The notes under the pieces: model-generated
The model's database searches: none
What the model was told of the DNA's origin: nothing
Seen by the model: the letters and a program-made list of their open reading frames with translations, nothing else
In this document: in pieces, positions 51,368 to 62,634 of the stretch
Numbering within the stretch: position 1 is the first letter of the stretch
Layout: every line of letters begins with the position of its first letter
Assembly: GCA_963710605.1 (NCBI GenBank)
Contig: CAVQBA010000005.1
Coordinates: 96,001 to 160,000, forward strand
Source: an uncultured cyanobacterium
GTDB taxonomy: Bacteria; Cyanobacteriota; Cyanobacteriia; Cyanobacteriales; Cyanobacteriaceae
Length of the DNA stretch: 64,000 nt
Direction of reading: 5' to 3'
Position numbers and translations under genes: made by a program

Positions 51368-53056
51368 ATGTTATCTCAAATTTATCCCCGTATGATTGAT
51401 AAAGTCGGTAATTGGAATCCTCAATTATTTCGAGAAGTTAAAGGTAGATTAAATAACAAAAATGTGGCAATCGTTGCTTTTGCTTCTATAATCGGACAAG
51501 GATTATTATATCTATACTTTAATAGTCTATTACCGACAGTAGAAACTCGCTACGATCGTCGTTATTGTGCCAGTGTTGATTTTGAAAAATACTCACAAAC
51601 TTATGGTAAATGTACTCAAGACTTACTTGGTAACGTTCAATTAATCAAAGAATTATGGTGGTTAGACTTGTTTACCACTATGAGTATTATCGGTATTTTT
51701 GTTTTGTTAGTCGTCGGTAGTTATATGTTGATGGCTGACATCACCAAAGAAAAAAGTAGAGAGACACTTAACTTTTTACGTCTAACACCACAATCAGCAA
51801 TGACTATTTTAAGTGGTAAAATGTTGGGAGTACCAGTCTTAGTCTATTTATTCGGTATTCTTGCTATTCCGTTACATCTAATTGCCGGATTAAATGCTAA
51901 TATTTCTTTTCCTTTGATACTTGCTTTTTATGGTGTTTTAGTTGCTAGTTGCGTCTTTTTTTATACAGCTAGTTTACTATTTAGTTTAGTATTTACAGGC
52001 TTAGGTAGTTTTCAGGCTTGGTTAGGTAGTTTGATTGTCTTCTTCTTTGTAATGACAATGATGGGTGTCTGTTTAGAAGGAAATCAGTGGACAGAAACTA
52101 GTTTTGATTGGGTAATATTGTTTTATCCGGGTAATTTTTTAGCTTATTTAGTTAAATCAACTTTCCTCTCGCCAAAGACGATAAATTATTTATCTATGGA
52201 CGGTTTAGATTCTGTCAGTTGGTATGGTAATTATTTATGGCATAGCCCTATCGGCGGTTTTATGTTTGCGATAGCTAACTACTCTATCGCTACTTTTTGT
52301 TTAGTGCAGGGTATCAAACGTCGTTTTCATAGCCCTAAAGATGTAGTTATTACTAAAGTGCATAGTTATATCGTTACGACTATTTATGTTGTCGTATCTT
52401 TCGGATTCACTCTACAAAGTTTATATCACCGAAGCTACAATGATGAAAGTTTGGTAGTTTTATTTATCCTGAATTTTATTTTTGCTGTTTTGTTAGTCGG
52501 TGCTTTAACTCCTCAACGACAAACTTTACATGATTGGGCTCGTTTTCGTCATGAGAATAAGCAACGTATGTCAGGGATGAAAGATTTATTAGTAGGAGAT
52601 AAAAGCCCTGCTATAACTGCGATCGTTGTTAATATGATGATTATGACTTTATATGTACTCCCAGCATTATGGTTGTTACCTGATTTTGAGCAGAAAATAG
52701 GTTTATCATTAGTCTTATTATTAAGTGCCAGTATTATTGTTATCTATGCCACGATTTATCAATTGACTTTGATGTTAAAAACCAAAAAAAGAAACTATGT
52801 GGCAACGGCAACTATTACCGGGTTAGTTTTTAGTCCAGCATTAGTAATGGTATTTTTAGGTGGTAACCACACTTTCTTACCTAATTTAGCTTTATTCTCA
52901 GCCTTACCTTTCGTTGGATTGCATGATTTATCTAATGCTACTTTTATGGGTACATTAATCACTCAATTTACAATGATAGTAATGGCTAATTATCAACTCA
53001 AAAGAGTATTGAAAAAAGCAGGTATTTCTGAAACTAAAGCATTGTTAAATAGTTAA
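51368..53056 (+). CDS. ABC-2-type permease-like membrane protein
   Basis: WNPQLFREVKGRL, E..RETLNFLRLTPQS...ILSGKMLG; many TM helices. Confidence 0.75.
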   Translation: MLSQIYPRMIDKVGNWNPQLFREVKGRLNNKNVAIVAFASIIGQGLLYLYFNSLLPTVETRYDRRYCASVDFEKYSQTYGKCTQDLLGNVQLIKELWWLDLFTTMSIIGIFVLLVVGSYMLMADITKEKSRETLNFLRLTPQSAMTILSGKMLGVPVLVYLFGILAIPLHLIAGLNANISFPLILAFYGVLVASCVFFYTASLLFSLVFTGLGSFQAWLGSLIVFFFVMTMMGVCLEGNQWTETSFDWVILFYPGNFLAYLVKSTFLSPKTINYLSMDGLDSVSWYGNYLWHSPIGGFMFAIANYSIATFCLVQGIKRRFHSPKDVVITKVHSYIVTTIYVVVSFGFTLQSLYHRSYNDESLVVLFILNFIFAVLLVGALTPQRQTLHDWARFRHENKQRMSGMKDLLVGDKSPAITAIVVNMMIMTLYVLPALWLLPDFEQKIGLSLVLLLSASIIVIYATIYQLTLMLKTKKRNYVATATITGLVFSPALVMVFLGGNHTFLPNLALFSALPFVGLHDLSNATFMGTLITQFTMIVMANYQLKRVLKKAGISETKALLNS

Positions 53057-53065
53057 TAGTTTAAT

Positions 53066-53100
53066 GTAGAGACAAGGCGTGCCTTGTCTGCTATTTTTTT
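53066..53100 (+). repeat. GTAG-type REP-like palindrome, probably also a terminator
   Basis: gtagagacaaggc-gt-gccttgtctgcta followed by a T-run. Confidence 0.65.
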
Positions 53101-53348
53101 ATGTGTCGTGAATAGCTTCTATCTTTGAAGGCGAAACTATTCATGATAACAAGAAATACTTTCTTTCTTTTTTCGGTTTAAATAGTTTTTGGTCAACTAA
53201 TTTCAGATTGGGAAAGTGGTTATACTCTTTATTAAATAGCAGTTATACCATTGATATTATATAAACATTAATACGTAGTGCTATAAAAGACTAAGGGGAT
53301 ACAGAAGACGAGTGAGGGGTTAATGTGTGTAATCATAAACTCATTCTG

Positions 53349-54413
53349 CTATATATACAATTGCTCATATTGACGGATATATTTGTCAACCATATTTTCA
53401 ATCGAAAAATGAAGCGATCGTTCAAACCCATTTTTTCCATAAGTATTACGAACATTAGAATCTAAGAAAAATCTGACAGATTCGGCAATTTCTTCAGGAC
53501 TATCGGGTGAAATTAATACGCCACAATTGTTGGGAATATCAACAATTTCCTTGAGTCCGGGTACGTTACTAGCAATAACAGGCAAACCTGTATTCATCGC
53601 CTCTACTGCGGCTAACCCGAATCCTTCCCATAACGAACAGATAACAAAAATATCTGCTTCAGAGAAAAAATTGGATATATTTTCCACATAGCCACAAAAA
53701 TTTACTTTTTTATTTAGTGATAGTTTGGAACATAATTCTTTTAAAGAATCTTCTTTTTCTCCTAATCCAGCAATACGGTATTCAAAATCAATGTCTTTGA
53801 GTAAACTTAATCCTTTGAGTATGGTTTCATAATTTTTTACCTTGTGTAATCTACCCGCAGAAACAATAGTTAACTTTTTTTTGTTTAGCCTCGGTTGAAA
53901 AGAATTGAAGGGTAAAACAGTGCCATTTTCAATAACCTTACATTTATCTTTTTGTGAAGGTATCCAATTTCCCAATGCCTCTTTAGTACCTTCACTAATA
54001 CAATAAATTTGATCGTAATAAGGATAAATTTGTCGATCAATCGATTTTCCTAGTTGAGTTCCTCTCCTACGATTGCTTGTGCTATGTTCTGTCATGACTA
54101 ATTTTCCTTTCCATCCTAAAATTCTACAACTAAGGCCTACGTAAAAAATAGCGGGAAAGAGATGAGCATGGATAATATCTGTACTGTGACAATTATTCTT
54201 AATATATTGAAATACGGAAAAAAAACTTGTTAGATTGTAAACTGAAGGCTTCATAAAAGAACGAGCAAAATCAATCTCATCTACTTCTCCACATAAAGCA
54301 ATAATAGAAGAATCTATGCCCGCTCTTAGTAAACCTTGATGGAGATATATTGCTATTCGCTGTGCACCACCATTTTTTAGAACGATATCATCAATAATAT
54401 GGTGTATTTTCAA
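53349..54413 (-). CDS. Glycosyltransferase family 4
   Basis: GGAQR, AGRL..VKN, EGFGLAAVEAM. Confidence 0.92.
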   Translation of the reverse strand: MKIHHIIDDIVLKNGGAQRIAIYLHQGLLRAGIDSSIIALCGEVDEIDFARSFMKPSVYNLTSFFSVFQYIKNNCHSTDIIHAHLFPAIFYVGLSCRILGWKGKLVMTEHSTSNRRRGTQLGKSIDRQIYPYYDQIYCISEGTKEALGNWIPSQKDKCKVIENGTVLPFNSFQPRLNKKKLTIVSAGRLHKVKNYETILKGLSLLKDIDFEYRIAGLGEKEDSLKELCSKLSLNKKVNFCGYVENISNFFSEADIFVICSLWEGFGLAAVEAMNTGLPVIASNVPGLKEIVDIPNNCGVLISPDSPEEIAESVRFFLDSNVRNTYGKNGFERSLHFSIENMVDKYIRQYEQLYI

Positions 54414-54417
54414 TTTT

Positions 54418-55548
54418 TTACAAGCTCCTATATATATTCGCTATACTCTCTGCCGTATCTTTCCATTGAAAGTTTTTAACTCTTTGTAAACCCAGATCTG
54501 GATATTTTTGTCTTAAGGGTTCATTTAAAGCAAAGTTTTCGATCGCTTCTGCTATATCAGTAACAGAAAATGGGTTTATAAGACAAGCGGCATTACCCGC
54601 AATTTCTGGTAAAGAAGAAATATTAGAGGTAATTACAGGACAACCCGCCGCCATCGCTTCTAAAACAGTTAAGCCAAAACCTTCAAAAAGAGATGGATGA
54701 ATATAAAAATCAGCACTTTGATAGAGTGCTTTAAGTTGTTGTTCGCTGACATATCCTAAATGATGGACTTTTGACGAGCAGTTAGAATCTTGTAATTTGT
54801 TAAAAATTGCTTCAGAGTCCCAACCTTTTCCACCAACCAAAGCTAAGTGATGAGGGATTAAATCGTGGACACGACTAAACGCTTCTAAAACTCTACCGAT
54901 ATTTTTACGAGGACTCATTGCACCAGCAGAAAGAAAAAAAGGTGTATTTTGAGGAGGTAGATTATTTAACTCTTGGTATAAATCGATCGAAACAGGAGTA
55001 GTAAAACTATCTTCAACTCCTTCATGAACAACAAATATTCTTGATGATAAATGTTCCCCTCCATATTCTACCACTTCATCCGCTGTTGCTTGAGATACAC
55101 AGACAATCGCATCAGCTTGATTAGCCATCTGCTCAAAACTACGTTTAAATAGATATGCAGGAGAATCGGAAAAATAACTCGGATGAGTGAGTGGACCAAT
55201 ATCATGGACTGTTACAACCAACTTTTTGCGGGTGGCAACAGGAAAACCCAAAGCAAGAATATGAGTTATATCAATGGAATCTTTTAGTAAATATTCAATG
55301 GGAGGATTATTTAGTAACAACCATGCTAAAGGAGTTAGCTTTCTACCTCCAGGTACAATTTTTAACTGATTTTCTTTTTTGAATTTGTTTAATTCATTAG
55401 TCGAGCAACTACTCCATGTTGTAGTAGGAAAAAGATTTAGGTCAGAAAAATTAGTCAGTTCTTGAGAAAGCTGACGAGCATAACGGGCTGTACCATGACC
55501 ATCAGTAAGGCTAAGACCATAATTGTTAGAAAATAAAATTACCTTCAT
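54418..55548 (-). CDS. Glycosyltransferase family 4
   Basis: TVHD, PRKN, PSLFEGFGLTVLEAMAAG. Confidence 0.92.
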   Translation of the reverse strand: MKVILFSNNYGLSLTDGHGTARYARQLSQELTNFSDLNLFPTTTWSSCSTNELNKFKKENQLKIVPGGRKLTPLAWLLLNNPPIEYLLKDSIDITHILALGFPVATRKKLVVTVHDIGPLTHPSYFSDSPAYLFKRSFEQMANQADAIVCVSQATADEVVEYGGEHLSSRIFVVHEGVEDSFTTPVSIDLYQELNNLPPQNTPFFLSAGAMSPRKNIGRVLEAFSRVHDLIPHHLALVGGKGWDSEAIFNKLQDSNCSSKVHHLGYVSEQQLKALYQSADFYIHPSLFEGFGLTVLEAMAAGCPVITSNISSLPEIAGNAACLINPFSVTDIAEAIENFALNEPLRQKYPDLGLQRVKNFQWKDTAESIANIYRSL

Positions 55549-56117
55549 GAGAAAAATAGCTTGATTATTATGATTGTTTTAATTACAAAAAAACTAATTA
55601 TTTTGATTTAAGTTAACTTTCCTTTTTTAAAGATAGTTGATAATCTTTCTTCTAAAAAAGTAAAATATAGCTGACCAAATATTACTGAAAAAAATACGAG
55701 TAACGCAACAAAAAAATATCTAAAATTATTAAAATTAGCTGGTAAATATATAAAATTAGGTTAATTATATATTATAAAATATGAGTTCAATAGACCTTTT
55801 TTATAATTAGTTACTTAATATAATATGGGAAATACTATTAAATTTAATAAAATAATTAAAATTACTCAAAAGTAATACCACAATGTGAAATTAGTTTTAC
55901 AAAAGTTTAACACCATATCATGTAAACTGAATTAACTTACTTATAATTTTTTATTTCTGAAAACGTAGCCTAAAAATATTTATTATTAATAGAAAATAAA
56001 TATTTGGACGACTGTATTTTAGTAAGATAAAAGAGCTGAAAACATTTATTAAACATATTAATAAATTATTAAACATTTTAAATATGTAAAACAATACTTA
56101 TTATTGAGAAAAATTTT

Positions 56118-56966
56118 ATGAAATATAAACCAAATTTCTTAGGTATTGGAGCTGTTCGTAGCGGTAGCACGTGGTTACACAATATTCTTTCCTCACATCC
56201 TGATTTTTTACTTCCTTCTAGAAGAAAAGAAATACAATTCTTCACAAAATACTGGGATAAAGGAGTTGATTGGTACTATGATATTTTTACTGAAAATTTA
56301 TCAACAAATGAGAGTAATTTTAAATATATCGGTGAAATTACACCTGGTTATCTAATTGCTCCTCAAGGTCCTTCAAGAATTGCAAAACTACAGCATTTTG
56401 AAAAATTTGTTTTAATTCTTAGAAATCCTGTCAATCGAGTAATTTCTCACTATAAATGGCATTTAAGAGTTACAGGAGAGAACCCCTCTTTTGAAGATTT
56501 TTGTCATTCTTTAAAAAGAATATCAATTGAAAACAGCCTTTACTATACACATCTCAAACGTTATCTTGAATATTTCGATCTTGACCAATTTTTGATTCTC
56601 ATTTTTGAAGAAGTAACAACTTCTCCAGAAGTTGCTTTTGGTCAATTAGGAGATTTTTTTAATGTAGACCCATCATTGTTTTCATTACCAGAAAAAACTA
56701 ATTTAAGTACTATACCTCGATACAGAAGTCTTTTTAAAATAGCTCATAGATTTACCGAAACATGCCGTAGGAATGATCTAGATTGGATTCCTAATTTACT
56801 AATCGAAATAGGGGGAAAAAAATTGTTAGAGAGCAAAAAGACTAAACAACTTGAAGTAGAAATTTCCCACGAGCAGAAAGAATTAGTCTATCAAAATTTA
56901 ATAGGTGAAATTTTGATGCTTGAATCGCTTCTCAAAAGAGATTTATCAATCTGGAAAAATAATTAA
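56118..56966 (+). CDS. Sulfotransferase
   Basis: 5'-PSB GAVRSGSTWL, KEIQFF, GEITP.Y, 3'-PB LRNPVNRVIS. Confidence 0.92.
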   Translation: MKYKPNFLGIGAVRSGSTWLHNILSSHPDFLLPSRRKEIQFFTKYWDKGVDWYYDIFTENLSTNESNFKYIGEITPGYLIAPQGPSRIAKLQHFEKFVLILRNPVNRVISHYKWHLRVTGENPSFEDFCHSLKRISIENSLYYTHLKRYLEYFDLDQFLILIFEEVTTSPEVAFGQLGDFFNVDPSLFSLPEKTNLSTIPRYRSLFKIAHRFTETCRRNDLDWIPNLLIEIGGKKLLESKKTKQLEVEISHEQKELVYQNLIGEILMLESLLKRDLSIWKNN

Positions 56967-56992
56967 TTAATTAAATGCAATTAATTTAATTT

Positions 56993-58006
56993 TTAATGAC
57001 TTTTAATTGCCAAAAATGTAGCCCCAAAAAATTTGTTCCAAATAAGGTGGAGCGATCGTCGTGAATCTCTGGGAAGTAACATTCCCAACAAGGCAGCATA
57101 ACTGTCAAAAACAAACGGCCAGTTAATGATAGCTAGTATTTGATACTTAAAAGCTTGAACGATCGAGATCTGATGATGGAAATATACACGTCCTATTCGG
57201 CGGTAGAAAGAAGCTTTTGCCGCTTGCCTGACGTTAAAAGGACATTGTTTACGTAAGTGAGCATATTTTTTCACGATCGTTTTATAAGCATCAATTTCTT
57301 TTTGAGGATTAGATGCGGTGCGTATTCCACCATGTACTCGATAATCTACTAATATTTCAGGAACTACCCCAATTTTAGTGTAAGAAGCTAAGCGAATCCA
57401 CATATCCCAATCCTGACGTGCTAACAAATCCTCATCAAAAACTCCTACTTGCTCAAATACTTGCGATCGTATTATATATGTAGAAGTTGGAGCTGTTACA
57501 TCATGAATTAGCATTTGCTGTATTAAATCACCACTAGGATAGTCTCTTGGAGAAGCCGTTTCTATTAGTTGTTCTTTTTCGTGAATTAATACTTGCTGTA
57601 ATCCACAATATACCCCACCAATATCTCGATCGTTTTCAAATACAGCCATCTGTTTCTCGATCTTATCTAAATGCCAAAGATCATCACTATCTAAAAAAGC
57701 GACAAAATCTCCTGAGCTTTCTTTAATACCTTGATTACGTGCTGGGTTCCCACCTTTATTTTCTTGATATATATAGCGAACGCATAAATCTTTATCTTGG
57801 TTGCACTCATCTATCCAATTTTGTACTACTGTCTCAGTATCATCTGTTGAACCATCATCAACCACTATTATTTCTAAAGGTCGATAACTTTGCTTATAGA
57901 TACTATTTAAGGCATCAACAATTAATGAGGCACGATTATATGTAGGTACAATAACCGAAACTAACTTGTTCTTATCTACCATTACTTTTTCCTCTACTTT
58001 TCCCAT
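56993..58006 (-). CDS. Glycosyltransferase family 2
   Basis: VSVIVPTYNR, VDDGSTD, FLDSDD, QDWDMWIR. Confidence 0.93.
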   Translation of the reverse strand: MGKVEEKVMVDKNKLVSVIVPTYNRASLIVDALNSIYKQSYRPLEIIVVDDGSTDDTETVVQNWIDECNQDKDLCVRYIYQENKGGNPARNQGIKESSGDFVAFLDSDDLWHLDKIEKQMAVFENDRDIGGVYCGLQQVLIHEKEQLIETASPRDYPSGDLIQQMLIHDVTAPTSTYIIRSQVFEQVGVFDEDLLARQDWDMWIRLASYTKIGVVPEILVDYRVHGGIRTASNPQKEIDAYKTIVKKYAHLRKQCPFNVRQAAKASFYRRIGRVYFHHQISIVQAFKYQILAIINWPFVFDSYAALLGMLLPRDSRRSLHLIWNKFFGATFLAIKSH

Positions 58007-58821
58007 TTTTCTTTTAATTGTATTTCGAGATTATCGCGAGGAATTCTATTTTGTTCGTCCCAAACCAACGCACAAGCTCTAAACATCGCATCCGCAGAAT
58101 GTATAGCAAACATTAGTCCTAATGTTCCATCTAAATAACCTTGTTTTAAAAATAGCTTACGTATAAATTCGATCGTTGGTAATAACAAGAGATGAAACCA
58201 AGCTATCTCGTTATATTTATTAGCAATTCTTTGACTCTGTTCTTCAGAATAGTTAAAACTCTTTTTCATACGAGATTTGTAGGAAGAATCATTTAAATGC
58301 CACATTTTTGCTTGCAATTGACCGATACGTTCGGGGGAAGAGTCGAGAACACATTCTTCGTGAAACATTCCTTCAAAATGAAAAAGATGACGACGAGCTA
58401 AATGAACCAGATTCCAGTCCTGCCAACCACCACCTTTCATCGGACGGTGAAGAAAAAAATTTAATCTTCGGTATCGATAACCATCTTTTGAACTATCCTC
58501 AATTGCACTCATAATTTCTTTAGCCAATTCTGGCGTAACTCTTTCGTCGATATCCATGTGTAATAACCAATCACTTTGAGCATTATTAATTCCTTTATTC
58601 CTCTGTTGAGCATAGTATTCTCCTTCTTTACGAGGAGAAACAATAAACTTGACTTTTTCGTCAAAATTTGTAGCTATTGATAATGTTCGATCGGTAGAGC
58701 CATCATCCATAATCACAATTTCATCTACCCATGAGACTAAATTACTTAAAAAACCGGGCAAATCTTGCTCTTCATTATAAGAAATTGCTACCACACCTAA
58801 AGTTACTTTATTAGTAGTCAT
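57994..58821 (-). CDS. Glycosyltransferase family 2 (WaaE/KdtX-like)
   Basis: YNEE, DDGSTDRT, QRN.G, DIDER, FHE, GYLDG..G. Confidence 0.9.
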   Translation of the reverse strand: MTTNKVTLGVVAISYNEEQDLPGFLSNLVSWVDEIVIMDDGSTDRTLSIATNFDEKVKFIVSPRKEGEYYAQQRNKGINNAQSDWLLHMDIDERVTPELAKEIMSAIEDSSKDGYRYRRLNFFLHRPMKGGGWQDWNLVHLARRHLFHFEGMFHEECVLDSSPERIGQLQAKMWHLNDSSYKSRMKKSFNYSEEQSQRIANKYNEIAWFHLLLLPTIEFIRKLFLKQGYLDGTLGLMFAIHSADAMFRACALVWDEQNRIPRDNLEIQLKEKWEK

Positions 58822-58897
58822 AAAAGATATTTTGTATATATAACGATCGAATTAATTGTATCTAAATTTCAAGATTAAAAAAATCAAGTAAATATAT

Positions 58898-59845
58898 TTA
58901 TTCTAAATTGTTGCTTTTAAAATTATTTTTTGTTTGTAATATTTTGGGGGTTATAATTCTATCTTTGAAACGAGAGACGAACAATTTTAATTGGTTTCTT
59001 AACTTTTGTTTAATTCTCATACTTAAAGGAGGCAAAGGTTTTACAGGATTAACGATCTCAATATCGCTATATGCTAGTCTGTAAGCCATTTCTTTTACCT
59101 CTTGAGCTAGTTGAAGTCTAAAAAATGGGTCACTCATCCATTTTTCGATAGAATAAGCATTAACTTTATCTCCTACCAAAGTGCTTTCTTCTACACCAAT
59201 AAACTGGCATATTTCTTTAAATTTATCAATAGGTTGTTTGATTATATCTTCATAACGGCAAAGCATAAATTGATCGGGAGCAAGATATTCTTTGAACCGA
59301 AAAAGATTTTGATGTAGTTCTAACCATCCGTACTGGCGTTTTTCTGGTGCAGTATGGAATAATTTTTGTGCTGAATACATAACCGAGAGCGGATTTCTGA
59401 CTAAGCCGATAATCTTAACTTGAAAATTGGTCTGAGCAATCCACTCTAATATTAATTCTAAACATCCCCAATGAGCAAGAAACTGTGGTGATTTTTCAAA
59501 GAAAACTGGTTGAGCAAATTTTTCACATAGCTCTTCCCAACCCTGAAAAACTAATTCTCGATCGTCTTTCGGTATTTTAAAATTCGGTACATTTCTTACA
59601 ATCAAATCTTCGGTGTAGATTCGTGCATTAGTTCTACTTCCATATCCTTCGTAAACTTTGTTACCACTAAAAAGAGATGGATCTAGACTAAGCATAACTG
59701 CTCCCTTTAACCAATGATGAGTTTCTAAATAGGTATGAGGAGAATAGGAAACAGTCTGAATTGCAGGGTGACGACATAACTCTCTTTGAAACATTGTCGA
59801 GCCCGATCGTTTGTCAGAAAGTAAAATAACTATTGTTTTTTTCAT
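58898..59845 (-). CDS. Sulfotransferase-like protein
   Basis: KRSGSTMF, EKSP, VRNP, RYED. Confidence 0.8.
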   Translation of the reverse strand: MKKTIVILLSDKRSGSTMFQRELCRHPAIQTVSYSPHTYLETHHWLKGAVMLSLDPSLFSGNKVYEGYGSRTNARIYTEDLIVRNVPNFKIPKDDRELVFQGWEELCEKFAQPVFFEKSPQFLAHWGCLELILEWIAQTNFQVKIIGLVRNPLSVMYSAQKLFHTAPEKRQYGWLELHQNLFRFKEYLAPDQFMLCRYEDIIKQPIDKFKEICQFIGVEESTLVGDKVNAYSIEKWMSDPFFRLQLAQEVKEMAYRLAYSDIEIVNPVKPLPPLSMRIKQKLRNQLKLFVSRFKDRIITPKILQTKNNFKSNNLE

Positions 59846-59900
59846 AAAGTTTAAAGCCGCTAAATAACTAATTTAAAAATATGGGAAAATCTTCAATCTA

Positions 59901-61331
59901 CTAATTAAATTTATTTTCTTTCACTTGATTAAGCAAGTTTTCTTTCTTTTCCTGAAATTGAATTTGATAAATATTTTCGCATGCTAGTAAGATGCCCAAA
60001 AAGAGAAAAAAGACAGCGGCACCACGTGGTGCTGAAACAATACCATGACCAAAAGCCCACCAAGGTAGCAAACCAAACCATGCTGTTAACAAAGCTTGCC
60101 AAATTCCAACCATCGGAATTTTCCATCTTTTTGTTTGATGTAAGCGTTTATATATTAGATTAAAAGATGAAAACATGAGTATTATCTGGCACAGTGCCCC
60201 TCCTACTCCATAAGCATAATAAGCCATACCTGGTATAGCGTGGTTCGCAGCTACTGCTTCTGCATATTTATTACCACCCCATCGGCGTTGAGTGATGCCC
60301 GAACCGGCAATTAAAAAAGAAGGATAAACAAGAACATGATCAAAAGGTTGAACGTATGCTAAAAATCTTTCCTGTTCTGAGCTTCCTTCTAATGGTTTGT
60401 CCAAAGTAACTTCAGTTTTAGAAACTATTCTGTTCACCAATGGAAGATTAGATGATATTGACTGAGTATTAAGCAATCCGCCAAAGAAAATGAGAAGTAA
60501 CATCATTATAATTCCTAAAATTTTTGCTTTAAATTTTTTTTCACCCCAAAATAATGTAGAGAGAATGATTAATACGACACTCAACCAAGCAGTACGTCCA
60601 TAGGTAGCCAAAATACCTAAAGGAATTATCATAATTGACACTCTGTGAATATTTCGCCACAGTTTTTCCCCAGAAAAAAATTGTGAACCCATAAATAACA
60701 TTGGATAAAGAGCGGCTATAACTCCTGAAGAGAAAGTAGATGACCCGATTAAAGTCCTACCTCTGTAAGCTCCATCATATACATTGTCATAAAATTCATC
60801 ACCATCCACTAGTTGCTCGGCTGCAGGTTCTAAAAAAGGTATTGAAAGAAAAAAATTAACAATTCCTCTAGTAAATGGTATCGAATATAAAATAGAGAGA
60901 AGTGAAGAGAGTAATAACCCTATATATAATCCTTTCATGACTAACTTTAAATCCTCCAATTGAGTAATTAGTTTGGGTATAAGTTTACTAATAGATACCA
61001 CGAGAAAGAACCGACAAATTAAATATATGTGTTGAGAGATAAAACCATATGTAATAATACCTCTACATTCTCCAAGGATAATAAAACATAAATAAATACC
61101 AATTACTTTAATGATAAAACGACCATTATGTGAGTAAATAGGTAATATTGATTTTTTAGTTTTTAATATTAAGTAAAATAGAATAATATCGATCGCATAC
61201 AATGGAAAACCTAATTTAACGCTTAACTTTGGGATACCACTTATCAAAAATATTAGAAGGGTTAATGTTCTTAATAACCTTTGTTTTTTTTCGTACGTTT
61301 TGGTGTTATTGATAATCCCGGTAAATTGCAT
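59901..61331 (-). CDS. O-antigen ligase/Wzy-like polytopic membrane protein
   Basis: About 11-12 TM helices; TYGRTAW motif; large periplasmic loop with R and H; polysaccharide-cluster context. Confidence 0.7.
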   Translation of the reverse strand: MQFTGIINNTKTYEKKQRLLRTLTLLIFLISGIPKLSVKLGFPLYAIDIILFYLILKTKKSILPIYSHNGRFIIKVIGIYLCFIILGECRGIITYGFISQHIYLICRFFLVVSISKLIPKLITQLEDLKLVMKGLYIGLLLSSLLSILYSIPFTRGIVNFFLSIPFLEPAAEQLVDGDEFYDNVYDGAYRGRTLIGSSTFSSGVIAALYPMLFMGSQFFSGEKLWRNIHRVSIMIIPLGILATYGRTAWLSVVLIILSTLFWGEKKFKAKILGIIMMLLLIFFGGLLNTQSISSNLPLVNRIVSKTEVTLDKPLEGSSEQERFLAYVQPFDHVLVYPSFLIAGSGITQRRWGGNKYAEAVAANHAIPGMAYYAYGVGGALCQIILMFSSFNLIYKRLHQTKRWKIPMVGIWQALLTAWFGLLPWWAFGHGIVSAPRGAAVFFLFLGILLACENIYQIQFQEKKENLLNQVKENKFN

Positions 61332-61366
61332 TTTGTTTATTAAAGTTTTCAGAAATTATATTGAAA

Positions 61367-62629
61367 TCAATAAGATGTTTTTTTTATATAAACCAAGTAT
61401 TTTTTTAGGATTACCTTTAGTGGAAGAGGAAGATAACTTTTCCAAGTTTTTCTATAAGTTGGATCGATTTCAAACTCAGACCAAGGAATTGGTTCAAATT
61501 CGGGTAAAGATAAGTTCATCACCTGCTCAAATAAATTGGCATAGTTTTTAGCGGCGATCGATGAACTAAAATGCTCGTGAGCTTTTTTCAAGGTTGCTTT
61601 TGATATTTGCTCTAATATAGTTGGATTATTCTCCATTTTGGCAACGTATCTAGCAAAAATTTGACAATCACCCATAGGGGCAATAAAGCCTGTACGATCG
61701 TGATCTAAAACAAAATCTGTGATGCCTTCGATTAAAAAAGCGACAGGAGTACAACCAGCCATCATCGCTTCTAATAATGCATTAGGACACCCTTCAAAAT
61801 GAGAAGTAAACAGAAAAATATCGGTAGATTTAAGAAAATCTGGCACTTCGTCTTTCATAATAGCACCCAGAAATTCTACTTCTTTCGATCGTACGTAGGG
61901 TTTGAGTTCTTTTTCTAAAAGCGATCGATGTATTCCTTTACCCGCAATACGAAGATGGAAATTTACTCCTAACGCTTTTAATTCTTTAACAATCTCAGGA
62001 AGGTAAAGTACTCCTTTTTGCTTATGTTCTAATCGTCCTAAAAATCCTAATTGGATTAGTGAATTTGGTTTACAAAGACGAGGTAAAGCATCGGCAAAAT
62101 TGCGGGGGTCGATGCCGTTAGGTATGAGATGAATCAAATTAGGGTCAGCATCATATTTTTCTACCAAATCTTTTTTTAATCGAGGAGTTAAAGCAACGAT
62201 CGCCATTAAACGTTCTCGCCCAGACATAGTAACTCGATAACCTTGGTCAAAAGCATTAGCACAACGGGAAATAACACGAATCGATTTTGGTAAATGAGGT
62301 AAAGCAGAAAGAATAGCAATAGAATTAATTGCCATTACTATATCTATATTATTTTCTTGGCACCACTGAGTAAATACGATCGCTTGCTTTTTTATATCAT
62401 TTGTTTTTTCTGCTAAAAAGACACAACCCTCATCAACATATTCTTTTTCTACTAAAGCCATTTCTCTTTTACCCACAGTTACACAACGTAAATCTATTCC
62501 GTAAAGTTTTAATGCTGGTCTTAGATTGCGGTAAAAAGTAAAAGTACCACCATCTTTAGGAACAGAACCAAATGCAACTGTAATTGTTTTTACTTCCATA
62601 TAAGTCAATATTTTTCTATTGTTACTCAA
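61367..62629 (-). CDS. Glycosyltransferase family 4
   Basis: IPNGID, LGRL..KQKG, EGCPNALLEAM. Confidence 0.92.
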   Translation of the reverse strand: MSNNRKILTYMEVKTITVAFGSVPKDGGTFTFYRNLRPALKLYGIDLRCVTVGKREMALVEKEYVDEGCVFLAEKTNDIKKQAIVFTQWCQENNIDIVMAINSIAILSALPHLPKSIRVISRCANAFDQGYRVTMSGRERLMAIVALTPRLKKDLVEKYDADPNLIHLIPNGIDPRNFADALPRLCKPNSLIQLGFLGRLEHKQKGVLYLPEIVKELKALGVNFHLRIAGKGIHRSLLEKELKPYVRSKEVEFLGAIMKDEVPDFLKSTDIFLFTSHFEGCPNALLEAMMAGCTPVAFLIEGITDFVLDHDRTGFIAPMGDCQIFARYVAKMENNPTILEQISKATLKKAHEHFSSSIAAKNYANLFEQVMNLSLPEFEPIPWSEFEIDPTYRKTWKSYLPLPLKVILKKYLVYIKKTSY

Positions 62630-62634
62630 TCAAT